DNA of 62,764 nucleotides, the filler included, from Dugesia japonica (Eukaryota), in NCBI GenBank assembly GCA_001938525.1. It is 5 parts of 5 records of this genome, joined end to end, with 100 filler letters (N's around TTAATTAATTAA, not from the genome) between each part and the next. Parts side by side here need not be neighbours in the genome. Positions count along the whole stretch, not along the records: positions 32,882 to 42,133 come from MQRL01644729.1; positions 42,234 to 62,764 come from MQRL01196153.1; 3 more parts are not named here. One strand, written 5' to 3'. The notes below the pieces were generated by a model. It did no database searches and was not told where the DNA came from. It saw only the letters and a program-made list of their open reading frames with translations. Both the position numbers and the translations under genes were made by a program. Positions 38,413-51,201 of this stretch are shown piece by piece; the stretch's first letter is position 1, and every line of letters begins with the position of its first letter.

Positions 38413-41395
38413 AGTAGTAGGTAGATAGTAGCGCATAAACACAATTTACAACCGCCCCTGTGGAGGGCTCGGAAACTGCTTACGAATATGTTTTGATTTT
38501 TTGGGTAGTTTTTCTCTTCTAAGATTTTTGGGATCAAAAAAGTTTGTATCAGATGAAACTTTTTTTTGATCGGATCATTTATTTTGATTCTGGTGGTGTG
38601 TGTATTTTTTATTTTTAAAATTTGTATGTTTGGGTTGCTAAGGGAGTTAATTTAAAATAGGTCAAGTTAAGTTTGTGTGTATGGGTGTGTGTGTGTGAAA
38701 GAATGAATTCGGACTTTAATGGGAGCTGGAGATCTTGGAAATAATTTTTTGGGAGTTTATAAAATTTGGTTGTGGTTGGACGAAAATTCATTCTATACAT
38801 TATCTAAAAGACTTATGAGGTGCGATGGATAGTTTTCACTGGAAGTGTGGTAGCGCATAAGCACAGTCATATGAGTTATTGTGTCGTGTGTTTTGTAAGG
38901 GTGTATGTTTTTAAGGGGGTTGTCCTATTTTATTGGTTGATGGGTTGATGGAAAGGTAGTGTGATGGGGAAGATGGTGGTTGTCTTATGTGCTTTGATTT
39001 TTGATTATAAGGGTTTGAATTTGATTGGTTGATATTTGTAAGTAGTATAAGTGTGTTAAAAAATTTTTCGGGAGAAGGAAAGTGGTATGAGTGGAAAGAG
39101 AATTAATAATAAAATTTTTAAAGATTTATTTAAAATTTTTCTGGTGAGTGGGTGTAACGTGATAAAATTTTGAAATCTTTATTTTGGTAAAAAATGATGT
39201 ATTTTGCTTAAAATGATGAATTTTTAGAAAATAATGGTATTTTTGAGTATTTATTGAGTATTTTTGGTTGGGAAGGGCTGTTTTTTATATGTTTTTATGG
39301 GGGAAGAGGGAGTCTTGATAATTTTGGAGGGAAAATTAAAAAATGTTTTTTGGCCGACTTTATATTTAGTATTGGATGAAAGGAGTCTCTATATTTAGCA
39401 TGGTATGGGACAGTCTTGATATTTTGCATGGTATGGGACAGTGTCTATATTTTGCAAGGGATGGGCAGTCTAAAATTCATAGGCATATGATTTTCATTGT
39501 ATGTGTGTTGCATCTGAGTTACATCTGAGTTGCATGCCTATTACATTTATTAAAAAAAATTCACAATGGCAGCTATGTTGAGTTTTAAAAAATTCAAGTT
39601 GAATTTTTTAAAAATTCAAAATGGCGGAAATTTTAAAAAAAATTATTAAAAATTTTCAAGCGTGATTTTCAGTGTATGTGTGTTGCATCTGAGTTGCATC
39701 TGAATTGCATACCTATTGCATTTATTAAAAATTTATTTCAAAAAACCAATAAAAATTCCTGGGCACGTGTTGCTGTACTGCATTCATATTGCATTTCTAT
39801 TGCATACATTAATTAAAACATTGGGGTAGTCTTTATATTTTGTGGTATACGGGTCAGTCTTTGGGATATTTACATGATAAAATATATCTAACAAAAAACT
39901 TCAAAGCGGGGAATCTTTTTGATATTTACATGATAAAATCTTTTCTTTACAAGATGCTTAAAAACAGAACTTTTTTTCATAAAAAACATATATGCTATGT
40001 AATTTTCTATAAAAAAACATATTAGTCATGCAATGTTTAATAAAAAATCTCATTAGCGATGCTATTTTTCTTTAAAAAAACGTATTAGCTGAGAACATTT
40101 CTTTACAAAATGATAAAAACATAGAACTTTTTTTCATAAAAATCACAAATTCATGGAACCTTTCCATATATAACTTATAAATATTTTTATGATTGTATAG
40201 GGTTAATGAGTATATAGGGTTTATGAGTATATTATTTACATAGTTACCTTGTATTATTTACATAGCAACCATTATAAGGTTCATGAATATATTATTTACA
40301 TATTAACCATGTAATAAGAGTACACTATACAAAATGCATCAAAAGGTATGCTTGCGCCATGACAAGGCATGCTCGCGTTATGATCATAAATATTTTAGAT
40401 AACAAATCATATCATTTAAAACAAATTAAACCCAATCATATAAATTAAAATTAATATTAACCATTCATTTGCTTTAAATTTAACGACCAATAAAAACTAA
40501 CAAATAACGAGTATGTATGTGTCGCAGCTAATTTATAAACAGCAGGTTTCGTAAAATAAGTCACTTTTACAATTCAAAGTTATTATCAAAATAAATAAAT
40601 AAGTTTAATAAATAGAGTAATTTTCACACATTTAGCGTGAACTTTCAAACCCTATACTTTACAAACTTTTTGTTTAAATGCACATGAAATGATTATTATA
40701 TTATTATTTATATGTTCTTATAGATGTGAATTTTCACATCTTTGACACCAAATGCAAACAATGACTTTTCATCAGCATACAAAAATGCTCTTACATTGTC
40801 ATTATAATTATTATAATGAAAATATTTTCACACTTTATTCTTTAAACTTTTTTCGCTAAAATCTGAAAAATTAGCCTCAAATAGTATTTTTATCTATGAA
40901 AATTTTCACAATTTAATTCAAAAATGAACAGTTTTCATTCTTTTTTATTGGTATATGAAATATTATTAATGTTATTATTATTTAAATGTTTATTTATAAA
41001 ACATGAATTTTCACACCTTTGACGTGAAGTTTCACACCTTTATGTAAACTGTGAAATTTCACACACTAATCTTTACAAATTTTTCTTACATGAAAATGAT
41101 GAGCCTCAATGATGAGGTTTACCTATAAAAGTTTTTCACTTAAACCATGATCTTTTAAAAATTTTCTTTTTAAAATCTGTCTACAGCGAAATCTTTCAAT
41201 TATCCAGTTTGAGATTTTGATACCACTCGACAGAAAATTAAAAACTGTCTATACATTGTTGAAAGAACCAATATAGATTTATTTGTTTTATAATGAAGTA
41301 ATTTTAATTTTTTATTATTTTTTGTTTAAATAGTTATGCATGTATATGGAAATTGTTTAGCATGTATATGGGATGTGTATTAATTATTTTGTGTA
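38413..41395 (+). mobile_element. Candidate Polinton terminus followed by a long repetitive non-coding subterminal region
   Basis: AGTAGTAGGTAGATAGTAGCGC at 38413, then nested repeats (TATATTTtGCATGGTATGGGACAGT ~x3, GTATGTGTGTTGCATCTGAGTT x2, TATTATTTACATA x3, many TTTCACAC). Right boundary is uncertain. Confidence 0.5.
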
Positions 41396-42133
41396 ANNNN
41401 NNNNNNNNNNNAACACAAAATCATTTTATTAACAAGTTTAAAAACTTTATTTAATAATTTAATAAGCTTTTATATGTATGATATATTTTTATACATTTTA
41501 TATCATCTTGATGTAATTTTTACACATTTGATCATTTTATTATTGGGTTCAAAACATGAATTTATTATTTATGATACACATAATTTCTCTATCAACACAA
41601 ATAGTTGCTGTATAAGAAGTATATAGAAAATAAATTCTTGAATCGCAGTAATGCAGTTATCCAACTAACAATATTTCTAATCAAAGTTTACGTTGTTAGT
41701 TTTATTTCTGAAATCTTTATCAAATTGCTTCACTGTCAGCCAAAAAATCACAATCACTGTGCTTCATTGATGATGGTTAAAATTGATTTGTACGACTTAT
41801 CAACAGCTGTATCGATTTGTGAGTTTAGATAAACATCAAAATCTTATTTCAATTTGTTTCACGGGTAATCATCACTTATTCTTTCCATTAACAACGATGT
41901 GACTCCAGAACTTGTTCCACATGGAAAGGAATGAAAAATTAAAAACTCATTGTATTCCAGTACAATTATGGTTTATTATGTAGTGCTCTACAATTAGACT
42001 TCATGAATCAACCGAAATATCTTATTCCAGTTGTGAATGCTCTTATTCGATTGAATCAAAGTTATTGAATCAAAGTGCAAAATTGATAATAAATATAAAA
42101 TCAGTCAGTTACTGCAAAATAAATACGGAAGAC

Positions 42134-42233
42134 NNNNNNNNNNNNNNNNNNNNNNNNNNNNNNNNNNNNNNNNNNNNTTAATTAATTAANNNNNNNNNNN
42201 NNNNNNNNNNNNNNNNNNNNNNNNNNNNNNNNN
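42134..42233. other. Artificial contig spacer
   Basis: N44-TTAATTAATTAA-N44. Confidence 0.97.
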
Positions 42234-42241
42234 ATATATGA

Positions 42242-42649
42242 ATAGGAACTCTTAATACAAATGAATTATTAGGAATTCTCGATGTATGCCGTGAAAATAA
42301 CATCAATATAAAATATGCAACTGACTATATTTCTCCATTTTTACCGAGGATAATCTGTTTAAATAAATTAACGCAATTATATCCTAAAAAATGTTCAGTA
42401 GAAATACATGAAGCTATAACGAGACGCATTATGATTCATAACTTTAATGAGCCTTTATATGATAAATATATTGACGTTTGTAATCTTCAGATGGAAGAGA
42501 AAGCGAAATATGCTCCAAGGCCTGGTTTAATAAGCGGCATGAGTTCTATTCCATCAATGGCCATTCCAAAAAAGAACGAGATATTTGGAGTGCCATATTT
42601 AGACATCGATTCGTCAAGTCATGTTACTACGGAGTCAAATGCCAGTTGA
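42242..42649 (+). pseudogene. C-terminal part of a superfamily 3 helicase (CRESS-virus Rep-like)
   Basis: Open frame LLGILDVCRENNINIKYATDYISPFLPRIICLN...EAITRRIMIHNF shows motif B', motif C (hhhxxN) and an arginine finger. Walker A/B would lie beyond the contig edge. Confidence 0.55.
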
Positions 42650-44456
42650 GTACACTTCATAAAGAGACTTGCTTCATGTTTTTCGATATTATTGCGATGC
42701 TTGCGAATATAAATTGTTTAATATGCGAAAGTTATTGAGAAGTGAAGCAATAAAAACTGCAACTAGAGATAAAAATTGTACTTAATCTTTGTTGTTTTAA
42801 TATTTAGAATAAATGTATTAGTTTTCAAATTTTATGTTTCTTGATTATTTGCATATATTATTCACATTATTTTGTCTATTTTTATTAAGTTTTTCATTAA
42901 ATATTTATCGATGGTATCTAAATTATAATTTAGTAAACCTAATGAATAGTCATAATACAATTGTTAATAATTATACTAAAATATAATAATGACTGATGTT
43001 ATTAATGTCCTTAAAAATTTTTGCTATCAATTTACTAGTAACTCTCTCTCGCTTCACTTATAATAATTGCCATTATCACCAGGTGTATAATGCTTACGAA
43101 AAACTTAATATTGTTAACAATAACGAACTTTCTCAAATTTATGAAAAATTGATATTGGTTTATAAAAATTTAATAAAACTTGTTACTTCATATTAAAAAT
43201 AATATTTTTTAAAAAATTTATTTAACTTCAAATTACTTAAAATTTATTTGTTTAAAAAAATATATATTTATTTATAAGTTATCTTTAGTCTTATTAGTTT
43301 TCTTTAAGACTTTATAGGGTTTCAATAGTAATTTTAGATTATCTATTAGGTTTATATGTGCTTATTGGATTTTTAAATTGTTTTATAAGGCTTTTTATAT
43401 AGTAATTTTGATCTATCTATAGGGTTTATTAGATAACATATGGTTTCTATGAAGATTTATTTATTCTTTTAAGTTTTATATAGGGTTCTTTGATACAGTA
43501 ACTTTAAGTTATATAGAGTTTTATATAGGATTTTTATGGGATTATATAATCTGTTAAACTCCACATATAGACATGATAAACTAATGTACATAATAAATCA
43601 ATACATACACTCCTCTCTTTGAATATTTTTTTAATAGATATATTTTATAATAAAAATATATAAAAACTCTCCACTTGGAAACAATACACCGTAACTATTT
43701 AATAAAACTCTAGCGTTTTAATACACAAATGATAGTAAAATGTTCGGTGTATACACTATAAAGTCAGAATGAAGAATTGATGTATTGATCGATTTAAAAT
43801 TCAATTTAATACCAATAAAGCAATAATAGAAGTATAATTGAACACTTAAATTGCAGATTTAAACCGCTTACTGGCATTGAATTTAAAAAACTGTCTGATT
43901 TTCTTGAGGCAAATTTAAAGAAATTAATTAACTTTTCAAATACAGAATTTCAAAAGGATTTTTTTTTAATAGTTCATGTCAAAATGCTTCGTATTTATGC
44001 CATCATCGCAGTTGCATACAGAACTTTGGGGAAATAAAAGACGATGTTGGTTTCAGGTTAATCGAGAAATTTGCCCATTTATTTCTCACTCAAGTGACTT
44101 ACAAATTTTTGTACATTTTTCATCATTTAAAGTTGAAAACTGGGAGATTATTAGTATTTGGTATAAAAATCAAATTTATAAATATAAAGAATTCATTTTA
44201 AATCTTCCAAATAAATACAGTTCTTCAAATTGGTGCAACTCTAACGATAATAAACAGCCAAATATAGCCAAATGTAATAAAATAAATTCTAATAAGAATG
44301 GTTTAGTAATAGAAAATAGAATTATAAAATATCGTAAATGGAGATTTTCTTATCTTTATTCAGATGTTGTTGATATTAGATTTGAAAATATGAAAATAGT
44401 ATTTGAAATTCGTTTAGAAGAAATTGTTACAAGTTATTGTGGATTTTCGGCTTTTA

Positions 44457-45739
44457 TTAGGTGTACCGGAAAGAAATGCGGATTTTTTTGAAAAACAAAA
44501 CACGAAAATTTTAAAAAATACATAAATATATTTTATTCAAAGAAATGTCTATTATTAACTACACATTTCTCCCATCTTTCAGGTAACTTGTGAATGCCGT
44601 CCCAAAAGAATTTTTCTTGTTTCGAGACGAACCATTCCGAGACCCAATTTTGGACATCTTCGTAGGTTTTGAAGTTCTGCTCAGCAAGTCCATGTGCCAT
44701 TGATCGGAACATATAAAAATCTGAAGGAGCAAAATCTGATGAGTATGGCGGGTGGATGAGTACTTAGAAGGCTAGATCTTTTAACATGTTTTTTACTCCT
44801 TTTGAATTATGTGACGATGCGTTTTTATGGAGCAAAATTACTTTACCATGTCTTTTGGCCCATTCTGGACGTTTGGTAATCAAACATTGGTTCAGCTCCA
44901 TTATTTGTTTTTGATAGCGATCAGAATTAATAGTTTCACCTTCTTTTAGAAGCTCATAATATACCACACCCTTTTGATCCCACCAAACACAGAGCATTGC
45001 TTTCTTTCCAAAACGATTTTGCTTTGCAGTCTGTTTTGAATCTTGACCCGGATCAATCCATGATTTCTTACGTTTGGGATTATCATAATAAATCCACTTC
45101 TTATCTCCGGTCAGAATTTTATGCAAGAAAGGTTTTCGTTCGTGTCGTTGCAGCAACATTTCACAGACTACTTTTCTGTTTTCCAGTTGTCTATAGTCCA
45201 GTTTATGTGGCACCCATATCCCTTCCTCTAAAATCTTGCTCATTGCTTTTAAGCGATCAGAAACTGTTTACTGAGCAATGTCTAGTTACATGGCAAGTTG
45301 TTTTTGAGTTTGACATGCATCTTAATACAATAGAGCTTGTATTTGTTGGTCTTCAAATGCAGAAGTACGACCTGGACACTCATTGTCCTTTACATTGAAA
45401 TCATTTTTGAAGCGCTTAAACCAACGCTCGCTGGTAGCCTGAGATGGTGCACGTTCCCCATAGACATTGCAAAGTATGCGGTATGTTTCTGCAGCAGTTT
45501 TTTCCATAATAAAATAGTGGATCATCACTACCCGCAAATGCTCTTTTCCATGAATAAATTTTGTCATGTTTAAATCTAAAAATACTAAAAATATTATTAC
45601 TTTAATAATATTTAAATGTTTATCCTAGTAATCAATGAATATTCAAACAAAATACAATACATAAACAATAAGATTTATTTAATCATATATGATAAAAAAT
45701 AGATTTAAAAAAATCCACATTAATTTCCGGTACACCTAA
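44457..45739 (-). mobile_element. Full-length mariner (Mos1-like) DNA transposon, inactive
   Basis: TIRs TTAGGTGTACCGGAAA at both ends; TA duplication at 44455-56 and 45740-41; 1283 bp. Confidence 0.96.
44533..45567 (-). pseudogene. Mariner transposase
   Basis: HTH region ERWFKRFK, WVPHKL, TGDKKWIYYDN, MLCVWWD, HKNA (catalytic D mutated), PPYSSDFAPSDF; has stops and frameshifts. Confidence 0.95.
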
Positions 45740-46543
45740 TATTCAAACAATGACATTTATTGAATCTATGTATAGAATTGGAGATTTCATTTCTGAATTA
45801 TCTCTAGGTGTTGACTGTCCAGAAAACGCTCAATTTTTTCCAGTTTTTAAATTTTTAAAAATTCTAATATTCCTCATAGAGTAAAACGAGCTATCTTTGT
45901 GTTTACGAGAAAGAGTACTAAACCGTTAGGCAGACATTTGGAATTTCAAGGAAATGGTCGCAATATGAAATTTACTTCAGTATTTCCAAATTATTTACTT
46001 TATTTTAGATATATAATTTCTTTATACAATTATGATTATATATTTGATTATATAATTCACGATAGTGGTGTCATTGACATATCAGTGACACCAACTGGTA
46101 GATGATTTTAGTGATTTACCATTGTAATTTGTTGTATTTGACGTAATAATATAGTATTTTTATTGATTATGGTGTTAATTTTGTAGTTTTTGCGTGAAAA
46201 ATAGTTGTCTTTTGTTGTGATTTGTTAGTGTTTTAGTGTTTTAGTGATTTGTTAGTGAAATTATCATTTTTAGTGTTTTTAGTGCTTTTTAGTAATTTAG
46301 TAATTTAATAATTTAATAACTTAATATTTTGAAATTTTAGTGAAATTTATAATTTTGTTTTTTAAAAAAATATAATTTTATGATTTTTTAAAAAATATAA
46401 ATAATTTAGTTTAAAAGAAAAAAATGATTTTGTTTAAAAAATGATTTTTACACTAATTGAAAAAAATTCAATTAGCGTAAAAATGATTTTTATATTAATT
46501 AAGAAAAGTTTTTTTAGAATACACTAAAATATCCCTCTAAGAA

Positions 46544-48741
46544 ATGTCTGAATTAATTTGTGAAAAATGTGGTAAAAGTTTTAAAAATAAAGCAGGGCTA
46601 TCTCTTCTCATAAAAAATCAAAAATATGTGATAAAAAAGTAATTTAAAATTTGTCTGTGATAATTGTGGTAAAGAATTTCATAATGAAAATGGATTAAAT
46701 CAACATATATCATTAAAAAATTGTTTTAATAATAATGGTTATTTATTTCCGCTATATTGTGAAAGTTGTAATAAAAGATTTTTGGTAGAAGCACATACAA
46801 AACAACATTTTTTAAGTAAAACACATGAAGAAACTAGTATAAAAAAATAGAGAAAAAGAAACACAGATGTTATTTAATGAACTTATACAAGATCGTTCAA
46901 TAGAATATTATTCAAAAAAAATATTTGAAGATTTTCCAGAATATAAAAAAGAGGTATTTAAAAACAGTAAAATTGAATTAATTAATAAAACAAATTTAAG
47001 AAATTTAAATAATTTAAAAGAAGAAACAGAAAATATTATTAAAAGATATTTAGAAATCAATGGAAAAAGTAAAGTTCGATTAAGTATTAAAACAAATATA
47101 AAAGAAAACGGAATTGATAAAATTAAATATGATTACTATTCTGAAACAAAAAGAATCGTTTTATCTGATGATATAAAGAAATATATTAATAAACAATTTT
47201 CAGATCTTAAAAATTATATTGAAAGAGAATTAACAGGATCTGGATCGGCATTTTATAATATTTCAGAATATAAATTCGAGCTTTGTAAATATCAATCTTT
47301 AGTAGGATTTAGTTATGTTAAATTACCATTTAAAAAAATAGAATAATTAATATAAAAAATAATGATAACAAATATTTTATTTATTGTGTTTTAGCATACA
47401 AACATGAATTAAAAAAAAATTCAGAAAAAGAGTTAATAATTATTTAGAATTTGTTTCAGAATTAGATATTAGTAAAATATCTTTTCCTGTGAAGATTGAT
47501 GATATAAAAAAATTTGAAAGAAAAAACAATTTTAAAATAATTGTTTTTAATGTAGAAGATAGTGAAAAAATTAAACCAATTCATATTTCACATTATGATA
47601 CACATCCATTGGAAAATGAAAATAAATGTAATTTATTATTTTACAAAGAACATTATGTTTTGTGTCGAGATTTAAGAGTATTTATAAAAACAAATAAAAA
47701 TAAAAATGATCTTTGTGTTAATTGTATGAATTGATACAGAAGTATAGATTTATTGAAATCACATCAAAAAGAATGTATTTATAATCAATCAACAGATGTA
47801 AAGTTTGAACGCGATGAATATTATTCTTTTAAAAATAATTATTATATAAACAAAATTCCATTTCAAATATATACAGATTGGGAAAGTTATCTAAATGTAA
47901 ATAATAATAAACAAAAACCAATAGCAGTTGGAATTCAGATAATTAGTAATTATCCTGAATTATATGAAAATACATATTTGCAATATTATGGAGAAAATGT
48001 AATTAATGAATTTTTAGATTTTCTCGAAATAAATATTACATTAACAAAAATAAAAAATAATGAAAATGAAAAATATTTAATACACAAAGAAACAGATCAT
48101 CCTCCTTTTATATTAAATACAATTTGTAGATATTGTGATAAAGAAATTGTGGATAATTATGTGATAGGCTATGATCATTTTAATGGGAAATTTCGTGGAT
48201 AACACACAATAATTGTAATTTACAAGATAAATCAATAAAAAATTCTTTATTCCATTACATACACATAATTCTTCAGGATATGATAATCATTTATTTTTTC
48301 GAGAATTATGTGAAAAATATCCTGAAGAAATAAAAAATATAATTCCACATAATGATGAGAATTATATTTCATTTCATTATAAAAATATAAGATTTTTAGA
48401 TTCTCCAAGAATGTTACCATTTACATCAATAGAAAAAATGGGGGAAATATTAAAAGAAGCAAATAATTATAATATATTACAAAAAAATAATTTAGAACCA
48501 AAAAAGCAATGTTTCCTTGTGAATATTTAAAAGGAAAAATACCTTCAAAAGAAAATTTCTTTAATAGTTTAAAACAAAAAGAAATGTGTGATTTAGATTA
48601 TGAAAATTTTTTGAAAGATTTTGATAAATTTGATGTTAAATTATATGTTATATTATATGAAATTAGATGTGTTAATTTTAACAGATTTTTTCGAAAACTT
48701 TCGTGAAACTTGTCTTAATTATTATAAGATTGATCCAAGTT
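46544..48741 (+). pseudogene. Polinton PolB copy 3, N-terminal half only
   Basis: MSELICEKCGKSFKNKAGL zinc fingers; TGSGSAF; EHYVLC; IYTDWES; CRYCDK..YDHFNGKFRG; HNSSGYD; IRFLDS; ends at DFFENFRETCLNYYKIDPSY. Confidence 0.92.
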
Positions 48742-49041
48742 ATTAAAAACATCTTCAATTTCATCATCATCATCACCTCCTATGGAGGCTTGAGCTACGC
48801 GATCATCATCATCATTTTCAGAATTATTGTTGAAGAAATAAATAACTTCTTCAAATGTAAAATAATTATCATTATCATTTTCAGAATTTACTAATAAATT
48901 ATTATCATCATCAAAACAATTTAATACATCCTCAAATAATATATTTTTTAATTTTTCAAATATTTCTTTTTGTTTAAATCGTAATAATAACTCTAATAAT
49001 ACTTTCACACAAGTTTCATCATTTTCACAAAAAGTATTCAT
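48715..49041 (-). CDS. Acidic ORF of unknown function abutting the truncated PolB
   Basis: 108-codon D/E/N-rich frame with an internal duplication and a GC-rich insert shared with PolB copy 2. Confidence 0.35.
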   Translation of the reverse strand: MNTFCENDETCVKVLLELLLRFKQKEIFEKLKNILFEDVLNCFDDDNNLLVNSENDNDNYFTFEEVIYFFNNNSENDDDDRVAQASIGGDDDDEIEDVFNNLDQSYNN

Positions 49042-49614
49042 TAATAAATAACCATTTATTATTTCATCACGGTCTATTTTTTTAGAAAAACAATAGGTTA
49101 AAAAAATTTTTTTTTTAATTTTTTCTTACCGCATAAATTTAACATATTAAAATTTAATTTAAATTTAAATTAAACTTGTTTAAAGTGACAACAAAGCAGA
49201 GCTTTGTTTATCTCAAACTTGTTGAGATGGCATAAAATAGAAATTGTTTCTCCATTAAAATCAATTAAGTTATTATTTTCATCAACTATTTTACCTCCTA
49301 TTTTTAATTTACATTTTAATATTGATATATCATAATCAATAATTATTTATAATAATTTATCACAATATTATGAAGAATCGGTTATACTTCTATAAATTTC
49401 AATAAAATACATAAAAAGCCTTTTACAAATTAATTTTCGCTTATTTAAACCTTTCACGTCATATTGTCCAGAGTCTGTTATAGAAAGCGGTAACCAAGCA
49501 CGTGTGACGCTTATTGGTGTCCAACGAATAACTTAAATTTTTGATAAAATTATTAAACCAAAACATGAAAAACCAGTTTTAGTGAAATTAGTGATTCAAT
49601 TTTTCCCCCAAAAC

Positions 49615-49709
49615 AAGAGAGGTCAGTTCGAATTACTCGACTTTTAGGTTAAGTTTCGAATACTCCACTATCCGAGTAGTTCAAAAGTTCGAGTAATTTG
49701 ACCTCTCAA
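49615..49709. mobile_element. Tiny hAT-like MITE
   Basis: GAGAGGTCA...TGACCTCTC inverted ends, internal TTCGAA/TACTCGA repeats, and a near-perfect 8-bp flank duplication (CCCAAAAC / CCCCAAAC). Confidence 0.55.
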
Positions 49710-49821
49710 CCCCAAACGAATGAATCAAAATTTTATTTATATAAATTATTCTGAAATTAAATACTTATGAAATTAGATTTTACTTTTACTATTAAAATAA
49801 TATCAAAAAATTAAATTATCT

Positions 49822-51201
49822 CTAAACTTCAAATGGACATTGAAATAGGAAGCTAACAACTTCACCGAAGAAACTGGAACTGTTTAATCCATTAAGGTGA
49901 CCCGTAGATGATATTAATGGATATGATGCACTTGTTGGACTAATTGGATTAATATCGAAATTTAGATTTTCATTCGACAAACTACACGCATTATTAGATG
50001 GAATCATTAAATTGGGAGATGGCATTAATTGATCTTTTTTTGTAATATTGTTTAAAATGATCATTACTAACCAAATCATTTATTGACAAAAGATTAAACC
50101 AATTATTCATTTCTCCCGAAAATTTAATCACACTGGAAACAGAAGAAGTTTTATCATTAACTTTATCATTATTTAAGAGAAGTCCGAAATTATTCCTAAT
50201 AACATTAGTTATTGATGAAACATTATCTTTTAATAAAATACTTGTTTTAACATAAGTATCTATTTGTTTTTCAGATAAATCAGTAAGACAATTGAGAACC
50301 ACTAATTATTTTGCAAAATTCTACATTAGAACATTTGTCTAAATATGATTTAGATAATTGAAGAGCGTGCTCAATATACTCTAAATACTTCCCCCCTCGA
50401 TTAATTTCATTCATTATTCTGAATTATTCCAGGTCATCATGCAGCTCTTTATTTTTCTTTAAATATTCACACTTTATTTCATCAATTGCAGTTTTCCATT
50501 CATTACAAACTTCTTAGATAAGAGTTTTGTTTTCATCATGACCATTATTTACTTCCATTAATGCGTTATTTAGTTTATCAATAGTAATTTTATTCAGTTC
50601 TTTTGATTAATTGCAGTTTTCAATATAACCTCCAATACGAAATCGAATTTTTAGAAGAAAGTCCTGAAACAAAAAACTGTTGAATGATCAGCATGATCTG
50701 ACAATAGGCATCGAGAATACGCCAACATTCCACATTGAATACAGTAATTTGAGTATTTTCTTTCGCCATGATTTTCACATTTGACAGCTTTATTATCAGA
50801 CAAATGCTTCTTCAACATTTTAATTTATATTTACTATCTTCCCCACTGGTACAAAGAACACGTTTCAAATCATTTGAGTCAACTGTAGTAACATTCAATT
50901 CTGTAGATTCGATAGCATATTGAGTAATATATGGTTTTAAACTTGAAAGACTACCACTCTGCATGTGACATTTAGGACATGTAACAACGGGAAATATACT
51001 ATCTGCGCATTCAAATTTTGATAAACATCCACAATCAAAAACATGCAAGCAATTTAATACAACAGGCTCCGAAAAGTTATTTTTACATTGAGAACAAATT
51101 GATGGTAATTCTTGCTTATTTTCCAAACTACCACCCTCAACATACTCCAAAGTAAAATCTTCAATTAAAGTTTTATCCAGATCTGTCATAACTGAATACA
51201 A
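49822..51201 (-). pseudogene. TRIM/RBCC (RING, B-box, coiled coil) E3 ligase, disrupted
   Basis: RING CSQC...PVVLNCLHVFDCGC...VTCPKC; B-box CENHGE...YCIQC...CLLSDHADH; helical region; several stops and frameshifts. Confidence 0.8.

Larger units (their letters stand above)
43855..46105 (+). pseudogene. Copper-containing amine oxidase (AOC1/diamine oxidase-like), split by a mariner and 3'-truncated
   Basis: RRCWFQVNR...WEIISIWYKNQIY; DIRFENMKIVFEIRLEE; after excising the mariner, FSAFIQTMTFIESMYRIGDFISELSLGVDCPENAQF; then PLGRH and SLYNYDYIFDYIIHDSGVID containing the NYDY topaquinone consensus. Confidence 0.88.

Noticed and set aside
44997-45573. Plus-strand ORFs of 133 and 78 aa
   Set aside because: Antisense shadows of the mariner transposase.
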